This document shows, piece by piece, positions 41,107 through 56,325 of a stretch of DNA of 64,000 nt. The DNA comes from the human T2T-CHM13v2.0 reference genome, Homo sapiens. Positions within the stretch are counted from its first letter, which is position 1. Each line of letters opens with the position of its first letter. The position numbers and the translations under genes are program-made. The stretch lies in the NCBI RefSeq assembly GCF_009914755.1, contig NC_060931.1. The stretch is one strand, 5' to 3'. A model generated the notes under the pieces. That model was not told the DNA's origin, did no database searches, and worked only from the letters and a program-made list of their open reading frames with translations.

Positions 41107-43107
41107 GGAAGAGTAGAATATTAAGAGTGAACTTTTTAAAGAAAAGCCAGATGCTATTACTCAAAGGGAAGAGGTTGCTGAGCAGTCGAGCAATAAATGT
41201 TCATCATATCTTTCCCTCTCTTCCCTTTTCTGTCACCAATGCCTGCACACTAATATCTTGGAATAGGTTGATTATATCTTCTACTCCCTTCTTTCAAGAT
41301 GTTAATAATTCTTCTTTTGAAATATCAAATCTGTCTTTTATTTATTTATTGCCCCTACCACCACATTGGTGTTGACCTTCAATTACTTGTTGCTAATCTT
41401 CTTGCTCCCAGTATGATTTCCCATTACCCTGGATCTCATTAATATGGCTTTTATTGTTATTTCTTAACAACAAGAACAACAACAACAATACATGCTATAT
41501 TATTTTGTCTCTAATCAGACAGAACCTGTTAAAAGATTTATGATTTTTTTCAACATAACTACTTTCTGCCAGTCAGACTTGTGTCTTTATTCCTATTCCT
41601 TGTGTATTCCTGAACACCCTTGGTTCATGTTTCCCGAGAATCTACAATCTTAGTTCAAAAATTCATTTTACCAATAAGCGCATCAAATCTTTTTGTGAGA
41701 GACATACAGGGGAAAGGAAAAGTATTTTTTTTAAGTCCTAGAGAGGCTACCCATACAAAGCAAAATTTCAGCATAACTATCCCTGGACTCTGGGTCTTAT
41801 ACCCTAGGTCTGAAATCCTCCTTTATGCCAACCTATTCTTCAATATATCCTAGCCCCTTTCTCTCTTGTCTTTCAAACACCACTCTGTCCTTCTATGCAG
41901 CTGAGCTCTAACTCTGTAGAATTTGCCTGATTACATAGCCTTCAGGGAACTCCAAATATCGGTAAAATTACTAGTTACGTAATGCACTTCCATAGTTCCT
42001 TTTAATGCTGCCTTTTGCAATATCTTTTTAGATTTTATTTTAGGCCTCATAAGACTGCAGATGTCTTAGAGACAGTGTTTCAGGAGAGATTTTTGTTGTT
42101 TTTCTAAATATTGACATAAAACCTAGCAACATGCTAAGCATATAGTTAATTTTCAAGTTGAAATTGTTTGGTGGCTTTTGTTGAGTATTATTTAAGATCA
42201 TAAATTTTGGATTAACCCATATCCAATTGTAGATTTAATTCAAGTGATTTTGGTCAAGGATTCTAATTGTTCTTGCATTTGAAGCCAGAGAACCCAATAG
42301 AGATCTGAAAATATAGCCATGGTTTAATGGAATGCTTGTTTAGATTTTTAGATTCTTTGTAAAACTAACAGCTGGCTAGAAAAGTACCTACAAAGAAAAT
42401 GTCTTTTTAGAAATTGTTTTTCTGATGAAATTTTGTCAACAAGATGCAATGAGGATGCTCTATTAAGTGTTAAAATTCAAGACATACTGCTCAAATAGTT
42501 TTGTTTTATGGATTACAGAAGTGTATGGCTATTTTTAAAAGGCAGTGGTAGTACGCAGCTCATTTGAGAAAACCAAGAAGAGCACAGCAGGAATCGTCAC
42601 AGAAGAACATCCCAATTTTTAAAACATGTAATTGTCCATGTTATAGACTAAATATTATCCATTATGTGGATTGCTGGTACCATCTAAAGGTTACATAAAA
42701 TTGTTTCAATGCGGAGGAAATCTTTCAGTATACTTCTCATAATTACTAGGCCTTACATTACACATTTTGTATTTCGGAGCGCAGGAATTTGACCGGGGAA
42801 TGCGGGTTGGATAACAGATCTACTACAAACTTGCATTTGTGTTGCTTGGATGAACTTAAGCCAGTGCTTTCAATTCCGAAGCTACTCTGTATTTTTTTTT
42901 AATTAAAAACATCTCTCGCTCTTTACTTTGTATGAGTAGTCTAACTTTAAAACATCATTATTAAAGATAATTTTTTTAAAAGACAAAACTCCTGGTTTTA
43001 GATAGAAGCAAATTCAGTCCTTAGGCAAAGAAGACAACATACTAACAATGTAATATAATGCCTGTGTTGCATCTTTTCATGATTTAAAAAATAATTTTTA
43101 AAATTTC

Positions 43108-43313
43108 TATTTGTATGATTTTAAGATAATTTAAATCTGAAAGTTAATATCTTCTAAAAGATAAGGCTAAAACCTCAAGTTATCTATTATAGGGACATTT
43201 AGAATGCATATTTGTATGATTTTAAGATAATTTAAATAAATCGAAAAGAGAATATCTTCTAAAAGATAATGCTAAAGCCTCAACTTGTCTATTATAGGGA
43301 CATTTAGAATGCA
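43108..43313. repeat. ~101/105-bp tandem duplication, about 90% identical
   Basis: tatttgtatgattttaagataatttaaat...attatagggacatttagaatgca starts at 43108 and at 43209. Confidence 0.95.
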
Positions 43314-44203
43314 TATATGAAGCTGAAACTGCTCATGTTTAAAATAGCACAAGCTTTCATTTATTTGAATTATATCTTCTAAAATATAATAGTTTCTTTC
43401 TTTAAATCTTCCTTGAATTATAACTTTATACTGACATTTTCTTTTTCATTAGATGGTAATTTTTTGAGAGTCGAGTCTATGGTTTCACACATCCTTGAAT
43501 ATCCCATATTATCTTGCTCTAACTTATGAAATAGATAGTTTGTAAATCCTTGTTGAATGATCGTTATGTATGCCTCCCAAAAAATCCATTTGTTCTCCGC
43601 TGAGAGGAAAAAAATAAAAAATAAAATTAAAAAAAAAGACAATGTGAACTTTCAGTATCAGATAAAAATTCATGGATAATTATTCTTTTGACAGAATCTT
43701 CTATAATGAAAAAAACTGAATTAACATGTTTCTGATCCATTGAACAAATTCTCTAAATGTGTCTACTCCAATAAAAGGTAGAAAACCCTGACCTCTTCAC
43801 AACGTGTTCAATTGTTCTTCTTCTCTCACTAATGTTGAAATGTTATCTTTAAATTTCTAATGGTTTTATGGGAGAAAATGTGGAGGAGAATTTTAGAGAG
43901 CAAGACATATGGTTAGATGCTATAAAAATCATTTATTGTATAAATTAAATGCAAAATATTAGAACTCATTTCAATGTGTATGGAACACAACAGTGGATGC
44001 CATTTAGTCTTTCATTCTTTTAACGTATGTTTACATGGATGAAAAGACCCACAGAAAATCTGACCTGTTTTCCACTTAAAACTGGACCTATTTTCACATT
44101 AAGAGTAAGGAAGCAGCTTTCTTCAAATTATTTACGGTGTAAGAAATCACAAGCCCTACCATTGGATGACATTTGTGTTTATTCTAGTAGACAGAGGACA
44201 TGA

Positions 44204-44419
<216 letters not shown>

Positions 44420-46156
44420 TAAATTTGTGGCAGGTTTTATCTTTATTTAAATAGTAAGCTGTTTTATTTTAAATTATTTAACATTACTTGCTTTCTCTGA
44501 CAATAAACTACCTTCTCATTTACATATATATGTATCTATGCATAGATACATATATATATAATAAAAGGTTGTGTCTCTATTTGCATGTTATAAATGTATA
44601 TTATAAACACGTACAGAGACTGACATGTCATATATCTTAATTATACTTTAGGTTGAAGATTTGGAAAGGTTTTTTTTGTTCAATAGACTAAATAATAAAG
44701 CTTATTAATAAAATTGCCTTGCCTTATGAAATATTTAAAAAGGGGAAACCTATATTGTTATCTATGTATTTGGGTCTTTATTATGGGTTTTGAAAACATT
44801 TCGAAGAACTTCCTTCGGGTTCACTAAGTATCTCTCTTCAGTTATGCCTATTCCTATACTAAAGCCAATCACTGGGTTTTAAAGTCAATGACGCTTTCTC
44901 TACCAAATTTAATTTATTTTTTCAAATTGATTTGGTCATCTAAAGAGGTTATTTTCCCTTAAATATATTTTAAAGCTCCCTTGTTATTTCTTAAATACAT
45001 TATGCATATATCTAAGGATTCCAACATATGAATTTGGGGGATTATAATTCTTCTGTCTATTGTTGCTGCTAATTTTTGCAAATGGTACTTGTTTTCTCCT
45101 ACTCCTCTTCCTCTCTCTTTTTCTTCTTATCTTGTTTGCCTGTCTGTCCTTTTTATCCTTATCCTTATGCTTATCCATATTCTTTACTGTGACCTCAATT
45201 TCTTTAAAATTTTATCTGTGGAAATTTGTTTGGGCCAAGGTTGATGGTGAATTCTTCTTGAGAGGATATATCTTTGCTTATTTGCTTCTGTGAAGGCGAT
45301 ACCAACACAGAACTGCTTTCAAGATTATCTCCAGTTGTGGTTGTTGTTTCTTTATGAGACTGCTAGATAGTATAAATTTAATCTACGAACACGTGATTTG
45401 CAAACATTGGCTTCAAAATATGAATTCCCTAGTAAAATATACTTTCCTCATTCCCGGAAATTTTTCTTCCAGCTGTTACAATTCCCTGGGGGAACAAAGA
45501 TGCTGGGTATGAACAAGGAGGGGATTTGGTTTCTCTATGTTATGCAAAAAGTCTCTTATTAGCCCGTTTCCTACTCATTCCTATAAACCCACAAAAATGA
45601 GTTCACACTAAGCAGAAAATTTCAAATGCCCCCGTTGGACAAGCTTTCTAAAATGCCCTAGACACTTAGTATTTTATATAAAAGAATATATGAAGCTTTC
45701 ACCTCTGTACACATTTAGTAACAGAAATTGGTCAAAATATTAGCTATAATAGTGCCCGAATACTGTCTTATTAATTCATAGGCAATAGTGTTATGTGCAA
45801 ACTACAATAAAGGGGTCATGGAGGTCATTTAAAAATTCTCAAAAACTGTTTATTTGGTTACCATTTTATTGTAGCAGATAAAATTAGTAGAGAGACAAAA
45901 GATTTAGCTCTTCAGGAGAATGTAGCTCTTTAAAAGGAAAATTTAGCATTTCTGGTAAGGCCCAAAAAGAGGTCTAACATAAATTAGAATCTTTGGTCCT
46001 ATGTGGTCTAGACATTCATGAACAGAGTGTCATGTTCACACATAGTCTTGCTCTCAGCATAGCATCATGACGGGAAGGCCAGAAGAAAATGTGATATTTT
46101 TGTGACCATCACAAATTTTGTTAAGAGCCATGTTTAACTTTTAGTAAATAAATACA

Positions 46157-46241
46157 GACACACACACACATATATATAGGTATATATACACACACATATA
46201 CATACACACACACACATATACGTGCATATATATATATATAA
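46157..46241. repeat. Compound (CA)/(TA) microsatellite
   Basis: Direct reading. Confidence 0.9.
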
Positions 46242-46599
46242 TCCTTCATGGAGACTACGTGTATGTGCAATTTATTTTATTAGCAATTATTTAATGAGCA
46301 CTTTTCATGTGTGATAAATATATTAAATGGTAGCATTACCACAGTAGATGAGAAAGACATGGTCTTTGTGAGATGAAGTGGGACAAATAATTTAATAGAG
46401 TTAATAATAATAAAAATAGTAAAAGTTAAAATTTACCCAAAAGCACATAGCCTGAGTGATAGGTCTGAAAGGGAACCCAGGTAGTCTGGTACAGTGCCAA
46501 AGCTCACTATCACCGTTCTGTTTTTAATCCCAGCAAAATAAGCACCCACCTGACCGTCCACAGTTTAATCAAAACATCATGTCAACACCCCGCAACCAC

Positions 46600-47090
46600 T
46601 GAGTAGGCCTTCTCCCAGTTACTGCAACTCCTTAAACATAAAAATTCACCTGATTTGTATCACCAAAGATTAGTTCTTGTTTTTCAAAAAAATTTCACAC
46701 AGATGGAGTCATAAAAGATGCATTATTTTACACTTGACTTCTTTAGTTACAAATCATATTTCTGAGAATTATCTGTGCTGATATTAGAGATATTAGTTTC
46801 TTTTCCTCAGTATTATTCTATCTTGTGAATATTCTACAATCATTTGTTTATTTCATGCTGATGAACGTTTGAGTTGTTTCTAGATGTTGGCTATTTATAC
46901 AGAATTACTAAAAATGTTTCCAATGGGTATAGACTTGGGGGGGTAATAACAAACTAGCATATATGTGTGTTCACCTTTGGCCAATAACAACACAAATTTT
47001 TCTAATTTGGTTATATCAATTTAAAGTCTCCAATGCAATTAACTGGAGTTCCTGATGCTTACAAATTAAGATATTTAGTATTGTTTAAAA
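46600..47090 (-). mobile_element. Old L1ME-type antisense fragment
   Basis: atggagtcata...gctgatgaacgtttgagttgtttctag. Confidence 0.55.
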
Positions 47091-47095
47091 GTTTA

Positions 47096-47423
<328 letters not shown>

Positions 47424-47439
47424 TCATGTCTCATTTTAG

Positions 47440-47723
<284 letters not shown>

Positions 47724-48301
47724 TTGTTTCTGATTTTTGAAAGAGGTTATGCTTATTGGTCATACGTATACCTTTTTTTTAAGTGTTCAAGAATCTTGCT
47801 CATATTTCTATGGATTCCCATTTATCTATCTATTTATATATCTATCATCTATATAGCAATCATCTGTTTGATTGTTTTAAGTAGTTTTTGCAGGCAACTC
47901 TTCTTCATTCTCATTACAATTGCTAGACACGTATTTATTTTTGAGGTGACATTTTTTTAACAATAATAATTTTAAAGCAAACATTGTCAATGAAGTTACT
48001 TAAGATCCACAGGTGTAGACTTAAACTGTGACCACATGTTCTGTAATTGTTACAAGTAGATTTATAAAGTTGTGAGTTTGTGCTGTCATGGGCTTTTCCA
48101 TCAAGCCTGGGCTTTGACAATTACAAGACAAGAAGGAAAAATAACTGAAGCAAATCAGGAAGCGAGACTTTTCCACTGTATAAGTCCCTTTGGGGGAAAA
48201 TCATATAGCTTTGGGAAACTGTATTAACATTTATATCAATAGATGCCAGTGGAGTAAGTAACTTAGCAACACAAAATTTAAAAAGTAGCATTTCAGTTGG
48301 A

Positions 48302-48876
48302 TGTAGTAGGTTGGGTAATGGCCTATCATAACATAAAGCCTTTATTCTTGGAAGTTGTAAGCATATAAGTATTTGCAGATGTGACTAAGTTAACAATCAT
48401 GACACGGAGAGACAATTTTTTTTTTTTTTTTTTTTTTTTTGAGATGGAGTCTCGCTCTGTTGCTCAGGCTGGAGTGCAGTGGTGTGATCTCGGCTCACTG
48501 CAAGCTCTGCCTCCCGGGTTCACGCCATTCTCCTGGGGAGAGGCAATTTTACATTAGCCAGGTGGGCCCTAAGTGCAATCACATGTGTCATTGTAAAAGG
48601 TAGACAGGGAGAGATTTCACAGATGGGAAAGAAGGAGAGAATGTGAACACCTTGGAACCAGAGGCTGTAGTGATATGGCGATAAGCCAAGGAAGGCCAGC
48701 AGCTCAAAAGGCAGATTTTTCTCTGGAGGGAATGTGATCTTGCCAACACATCGATTTCACTCAGTGATGCTGCTTTGGAACTTCTGACCTCCGAAGTTGT
48801 GAAAGAACAAATTTCTGTTATTTTAAGCCACTAAGTTTGGGATAATCTGTTATAGCAACAACATGAAACTAATACA
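48302..48876 (+). mobile_element. MLT1C/D MaLR solo LTR
   Basis: tgtagtaggttgggtaatggcc...tttgcagatgtgactaagttaa...ttttaagccactaagtttg...aaactaataca. Confidence 0.85.
48416..48535 (-). mobile_element. Heavily 5'-truncated AluY inside MLT1
   Basis: T tail plus ~95 nt of right arm; TSD ggagag(a/g)caatttt. Confidence 0.9.
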
Positions 48877-48921
48877 AGAGTCAATATATTTTAGAAAAGA
48901 AAAGACAAAAATCGGCCTGAG

Positions 48922-49119
48922 CAATGTTCTCTGATAGAACTTTCTACAAAGATGTAGATGTTGTCAATATGCTCTAGCCACTAACCATATGTGGCTACTA
49001 GCATGTGAAATATAGCTAAGACAACTGTGGAACCAAATTTTTAATTTAATTTAATTTTTAATTCATTTAAATTCAAATTTAAATAATGTGACTACTGGCT
49101 ACCATATTAGACAGTGCAG
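48922..49119 (+). mobile_element. MER3/MER33-type hAT element
   Basis: atagaactttct...tagccactaaccatatgtggctacta...ggctaccatattagacagtgcag. Confidence 0.75.
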
Positions 49120-49303
49120 CTTAGAGGAACCAAAACATCATGTATGTTTTTCATGTCTTTTTATAACATAAAGGACCTATAAAAGTTATGTTTTAAGTGT
49201 CAGTCTCTATTGTTTTTTCTTAGTTTGGAAAACAAAAATTTAATCATCCTGAAAACTGTCTTTACTGTCAATAATGTAATAACCAGTCATCTTACTAACC
49301 ACA

Positions 49304-49576
49304 CAGTCTTAGTCTGTTTTGTGTTACTATAACAGAATATCTGAGACTGGGTAATCTAGAAAGAACACAGGTGTATTTCTTACCGTTCTGGAGGCTGGGG
49401 AGCTCAAGGTCAAGGGACCTGCATCTGGCGAAGGCCTTCTTTTCCCATTGTCTCATAACAGGAAACAGAGCCCTCGTGACCTACTCATGTCTTAAAAGTC
49501 CCACCTCTCAACACTGTTGCATTGGGGATTAAGTTTCCAAAACATGAACTTTGAAGGACGCATTCATACCACAGCG
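49304..49576 (-). mobile_element. MSTD/MLT1A1-like MaLR LTR (internally deleted)
   Basis: gtcttagtctgttttgtgttactataacagaatatctgagactgggtaat...gcattggggattaagtttccaa. Confidence 0.8.
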
Positions 49577-51051
49577 TACACCAAATGTCCAGATAAGATT
49601 CTTTTTCATTTATTATTTTTGAAGAATGAAAATTACACTTATCTCTTTTCCAAGAAAAATATACATGTTTACATTTTAAAATATATATATGTTAAACATA
49701 TTTGTTACGAAACACTTTCCAAAAGTTACTTCCAAAAATTTACTGGCTAATGTAAATTTTCTATACTAGAGTTCAAACTAGAATGAGTCCTTAGAAGATG
49801 ATACTCTGTTCTTGAGCTTAGTGAACTGTTGTCTCAAGAGCTTTCTTTGGATTTTTCAATGAGAAAAGGAATCATATAACTTTGAGTGGGGAATGTAGAT
49901 TAGACACAGCCCCCCATTTTGGCTTCCTAGAGAATAGCAGTGCTGTGTACTCTAGGGTCTCAGCAAGGAGAAACATAGTTTTGATCCTGCCCGTGGAAGA
50001 GAGATGAATTCTCTAATCTGTCTGGAAACTCCTGAAAGGGTGTACCTGGGATCTATCTTAAACCTGCAAGAGAGGGAATGGGGCTTCTTTCACTGCAAAG
50101 TTTGCCAGAAAACTAGAGAGAGAGAGAGAAATCACAATGTGAGCACTGTTTCTGTTTGACTGTGTGTCTGGTGCAACTCCCCTTGTGTTTGTCATCTTTC
50201 CTTTGTGCAGTTCCTCCATGATCACTTTGTCATCTGAGAAATGAGGTACTTCTCAAGGCTGAAATAAGACGCTGACTCTATTCCAGGTGGAGAATTTCGT
50301 TCCAGGCCACTGCTCTGAAGCCTTTAGGGCTTCTATTGTTCCTACTTCCTGACTTGTCTTGAATATAATATGAATTCCAATTTCAATAAATCTAAACTCA
50401 TTTGAAATCATTCTGCTTCCTCTACGTTTGGTTTTCCCTCAAGTTTAGTTGAAACAAGTGCATGCAGTTATTTTTAAAACTTAGCAATATGTCCCATGCC
50501 TTTTGATTCAGTGAGCTTTCTCCCACAGCGCAGACACTAATCTTCTTACGCGATACCAGTGGGACTTCATAAAGCAAAAGGAAGAGGTCTCAGATTAATA
50601 ATTTCAAAAAATCATTTATGGCTGCATTACTCAAACATTCATTTTAAAAAGCCAAACACAGTGCACTGATTAAAGTACTGAGCGTTTTTGATGGCAAATA
50701 CTTAATTAGTTTTTAGTCAGAGTCCTCTTAAAAGTAAGGACGGCACCTTGGGAAACCAAGGTACACACATCGAAACTAATTTTTATATAGGCTTTTAATT
50801 TGGATGAATAAATAATAAAACCTGTATGTCATTCAATGCAAATCGTGATGGAAAACTGTCTTGCTGCCTGAGAAAAAAAGAAAACATATCAGGAGAAGTT
50901 AAATACAAATAAGTAAAAGACAGTGTTTGGTCATTTTCATGCTGTGTTGATGGCACGTCTGCATCTCTAGTGAGAATACCCTCTTCTAGGGTCACACACT
51001 AACTCCCCTCACTCTCATTCTTCCCAGGCAAGAGATGCTGCCATGTACAGA

Positions 51052-51515
51052 TGTGTTAGTTTCCTGGGGTCTCTGTAAAACAGTTCTGCAATCTTAAGAT
51101 GAAATTTAAGACGATGGAAAGGTATTCTATCATGGATCTAGAGGGCACAGTCTGAAGTCAAGGTGTTAGCAAGGGTAGTTCCTTCTGGAAGCTTGGAGAG
51201 AGAAACAGTTCCATGTCCCTCGCCCATCTCCTGGTGGTGGCCAGAAGTCCTTGATGTTCTTTGGCTCATTGCTGCCTCATTTCAATCTCTCCTTTGGGTT
51301 CACATTCACATGAACTTCTTCGCTTTTGTCTGTGTCTCTGTGTCTTCAAATAGTCTTCTTCTAAGGACATCGGTTATTGGAATTAGGATCTACCCTAAAC
51401 CAGGATGACCTTATCTTAACAAGCTATATCCACAAAGACCCACTTTTGAAATAAGGCCACGCTTTGAGGTTTTGGCTGGACATGGACTTTTGGAAACACT
51501 ATTAAACACAATATT
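51052..51515 (-). mobile_element. MLT1B/C-like MaLR LTR, followed by (TA)n
   Basis: tgtgttagtttcct...gtctgaagtcaaggtgttagcaaggg...taaggacatcggttattgg. Confidence 0.8.
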
Positions 51516-54500
51516 ATATATACATATATATGTATATATATATATATATATAAATCATTAAGAATTTATGTTTACATCAGTTTAAGTGAGCAAAAAATAA
51601 AAAATCAGTTCTGGAAGTCAACCTGTGTGTTCCTACTTAAATTAGATGTTTAATTTTGTATCATACAGAAGCATCCCAGATACTTATATTTTGTGTTTAT
51701 AATTTCTTCAATTTATTCAGTGAACCTGTATCGCATTCAGGCATTTAGAAACAACCTAAAGCATGAACTCTGCCCTCAAGGAGATGAATTTTTGGCAGAA
51801 TAAATGAATAAGTTAATAGTTTAAATACTCTATGATAAATGCTATGACAGAGAAGCAAGCCTCGCCTATGTTGATTAATGAAATAAGGTTTCACTAAGAA
51901 GCAACAGAAATTAGGGGTAAAGGAGCATTCAAGACAAGAACTAACATTTTCAAAGACTAAGAGACACAGAGGTAAGAACATAATTTATTTCATATTTGGA
52001 GTTTTTAGTTAGCAACATAAGTCTCATTTCAGTGTACAAAAATATACAAATTATTATGTTGCTTAGAGGATCAATATATTTGTGACAGATTTGTTAATCT
52101 TATTAATATTAATAAGAATAAAAACATTGAATTATACTATTTTAAAGGCATTTTGCTAATTTTAAATCTTAAGTGCAAATCTGACCATATTACATCTGGG
52201 CTGACTACACGTTAATGATGCTACATTGCCTATAAAGTCCAAGCTGTTTGTTTGAAATTTAATTTCTGCCCACCCACTGACTACCTCTGTAGTCTTAAAT
52301 CCAGTCATATTGTGTTTTATGCTCCAAATATGAATACAAGCTATATTTCCTAATACATGAGTGACCTGCTTGTTTAACAGGCAGTCATTGGAGATACTTT
52401 CTCTAACCAAAATAGCCTCTCCATCATCCTTTACCTGACCAATCTTTTTTATCTTTCAAGATTCAGTTGAAATGCAGTCTTTAATGAGAATCATCTGAAT
52501 TTCCACAATGAGTCATGTGTTTATTTTCATATGAATATTTATCAGATATCATATACCATTATATTACATAAATATTTCCAATGGAATATTTAACAAAATA
52601 ATTCAAAATAAAGTCAACTGCAAGATACTGGGAGGAGGAGACAGCAAGTGTCACCTTATTCATCACTAGCATCCCCTTAAATGGCAGGCTCCCTGTACAC
52701 AATAAATGTTTGCTGAAATGAACTGACATCAAATGTAAATGATACAGGCGTAATTTATTCCCTCAGTGAAAACTGATTACTATTTGAGGATGCATAGATT
52801 CTTTTATTGGTGGAACAGGGCATGATTATATTGTATCATATTGAACAGTGCTCTAAGGGGCCTACAAAATATTGAAATAATTACCAAACTAAATATAATA
52901 ATAGATGTTCAAACAGAGCTATAGACAGCAAATAACTCAGTGTTTTTTTCTAATTTAAATATTTGTATAACTTGTATTATTATTTCTGGTTATTATTTTA
53001 AATCACACTTTTTTGAGGCTGCTTCATGGGTTATGTATATGGATTGCTTATCAGAGGAAAAAAAACCACCCAAGATCCAGAGTAATGTGAAAATAAAAGT
53101 AACTTAACATAAAAATAGATTTAATAAATATCACTGCCAAGTTATACAAGATAAACTGATAATTAATGAGGTAATTAAAATTGTCATGTGCTGTATGACA
53201 TATTTGGGATATGCTATGTTTCTAAGTTTTCATGTTATTAGATTTAAAAAAAATACTGTAAGTTGTAACCAGAGATGTTCTTGCCATTAAGAGATCTGGA
53301 ACTTAGATTTGAGCACATGTAGTATTCTTTAGTGCTTTTAAGTATAGTTTGGGTTTCAAACTAGAATTGGAGTGCTTTGTAATAGACAGCTGTGGATTGT
53401 CATTCAGTGTCAGTTTGAGATAATGACTTCCTGGTCTGTACATATAAATATTATTGTAGGGATAAGGCTAATGATGAAAGTGCACATGATAGATACTTTC
53501 ACATAATTTGGGTATAAGCCTTTTTTGCAGGGGTTGGCTAAGGTAGATAGCTAGTGGATCAGATACTCAGTGGATCTCATTCCTGGGTTACCATTTGAGG
53601 GTGACATTTGAAATGAACAAATTTAAAGCATGGAAATATATGTTCTAATTTTTTATTCTATGGGGAAACAGCTATCAGTATTTAATTGTTTTTTTTCTAG
53701 TGTAATTTGTTTACTTGGAAGAAACTTACAATTGACTTTGTTCAGTGAGAGAACATGGTGAGCCTACCTTTATATTTAGGAACAAGACAGTTACAATTGG
53801 CAGCTAGCTTATATTTTGGAGAACTATTTAATATGTCACTGATATAGAGCTAGAGTCACATCATATTACTGTAAAATCTAAATTTAAATTTACTCTCAAG
53901 AACTTTCAAAGTTAAACTGACATATAAAATCAAGAGTGTCGATTTAAAAGCAAATTAAAATTTCTGGCAGAGAGTAATATGCAATTAGACCTATGTCTGT
54001 CACTCTGAAATATGAATAACAGTATACTTTCTAGAATAAGGGAGGGTATAACTTTTATTATACATATTAGTCCAAAATTTTTCATAAAATAATTTCCCAA
54101 GAAATGTAAACATATTAAAACAAAAGTATATATACACATTTTGGTGCCTGGTTAAAGAGAAGAATAAAGTAATGAAAAAGAACTATGTTTCACTGTGGTT
54201 TATAAATAAGATATTTTGATTACTACAAAGAGGAGCCATATGTGTACTCTATAAGAACTTCAAAGCTGAAAAGTTCCCAAGAGACCATCCAGCCCAATCC
54301 TCTATTTTACTAACGAGGAAACCAAAACCCACAGAGTTATGCGACTTGCATAAGCGAATTAATCGCAGACCTAGAAATCCTGCATAACAATCTAGAGCAT
54401 AGCTTCCTCTCTGACATTTAATACCTCTCTCCTCTGGTTCATTCTTCTTTGTTTCTTCTTCACCCGTAAGGGCTTTTTATAATCTTAGTGATGGCCTACA

Positions 54501-55773
54501 GAAAATACAATTTTGTGAATTCTAATGACCATAGAAATGCTTTGGCCTATCAATTATCACCGTAAGAATATATAGGAGATATCCAGTAAGAAAAGTATCT
54601 CACTAGTACTGTGCATTCTACATGTCCAGCAGAAAAATTTAAATGACTAATCTTCATAATGTACTCATTGGAGAACAGCTTGCAAATAAACATAACTCAA
54701 GCTTTAATTGCATTTTGGTGCAGAAAGTTTATCAATATCAGTTAGTGTATTTTCTCAGGTAATCTTACCTCCTGAGATACGTTAACTACTTTTTATATAT
54801 ATGTTAATTTTTATTTATGATAGATGATTGCAGAGAGTACTAGAGCCTAAATTACAGTTATACAGTCCATCAACATTTCACTTATAATCCGTTTAATGTA
54901 AGGAAAGCAATAAAATTTAAAATGCTGCAAATATATATAAGTGATTCCTTTATTAGCTTTTATTCTTATGTTGTTAGTTTTCATTATCACCTATTTAAAT
55001 TAGCTAGGGAGAGAAGAGCAAATATTTAAGATGGCAGTAATTGTCCTCATGAATTAAAAGTAACAACATAATAAAATAATTATTTAGTATGCACACTTTA
55101 AAAATTTCAAGCAATTTAAATTACTTGAATTAGAAATCAGTGATTTTCAGAGATTAAATATTCTTACTCCTATCAGAATAGTATCAGATCTTTTATAGTT
55201 AGACTTGAAAAGAAGTAATCCAGATTTTCAATTTGAGATTTTTATATTTTCTATGCTTCTAAATGAAGCATGTATATTTTTCTCACATGCTCAAAATACT
55301 GTCATATTAGGTTTTTCACCTTTCATGCTCGTTTGGCTGGACAGGAGGAGTTAAAGAAACTGTCAGTGTTCTCTTTTATTACCAATTAATGGGGGAATAA
55401 TCTCAAGAATTAAAGAAAGCATTCAACCCGTACCAATCATTTTGTAAACATCTGAATACTCTACCCTCAGGCACCCCCAAATAATAATATTTGCTAGGAA
55501 AAAAGTCCTTATTTATGGAATGTTTTTAGCAAGATATCCCTGTGTTAGGTTGCTTATGGTAAACACTTAGCAACTTTAGATTTATGATCACGGCTCTATG
55601 GAAAATCACTTATCAGCTAGATGACCATGGAGGAATGAAATGGAGATGCTTCATAACCGAAATGCTTCTGCGTGAGGCAATAAACTGCATAGCTTATTAA
55701 GGACTGTCCCTATTACTCTAGGCCAGAGAGCACATGTCTGATGAAAGAAGAAAAAGCCTGAGGAACTATGCAG

Positions 55774-56325
55774 TGTGTATCAGATCCCACCTTGCTTTGC
55801 TTGTCCCTCTGTTTTAATTACCTCCTCTTTATCCCATGGGTAAGGGAGGATTCCTGTCCTGGGGTTATGGGTATGACGGAACACCTGACACCTGACGTAA
55901 AGCAACTGAGACCAACAGCAGTTTATTAGTGGCATTTCCACACAGGCTTTGAGAGAAAGGCATCTCAAGTCTCGCAGGGGACATGGGGGTTGTCCTTGGG
56001 AACAGAGTGAGCAATCAGACACTGCGGGAGGCAGGATTTGTTGTATCAAGAGAGTGGTCTTCCCCCTGGTTCCCACCGGAGGATGTGATTGGCTTGTTCG
56101 AATAATTCTGTGGGTGTAGGGTAGGAGGGAACGGAAGCCCAATACTCAAGGAGAAGTGGAATATGCCTGATCCCCGAGGGAAGCAGCGTCTTTTTATTGG
56201 AGGACATATCCGCAGGAACAAAGTTGGGAGGGGAGCTTGCAGTGAGGTCACTGGAGACCCTCCAGGCTTTTCCCAGATGTCAAAGCACACATAAACTGGG
56301 CCTTACTTTTCGGCCTTATACCACA
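55774..56325 (-). mobile_element. ERVL-like solo LTR (MER74/MER73/MER54 group)
   Basis: GC-richer block with TG...CA ends, cagcagtttattagt, gatgtgattggct; subfamily uncertain. Confidence 0.65.

Noticed and set aside
55105-55130. Short palindromes and 12-18-bp direct repeats (also ~5002, 16358, 29695, 56503, 60369)
   Set aside because: Expected from slippage and chance in AT-rich DNA.
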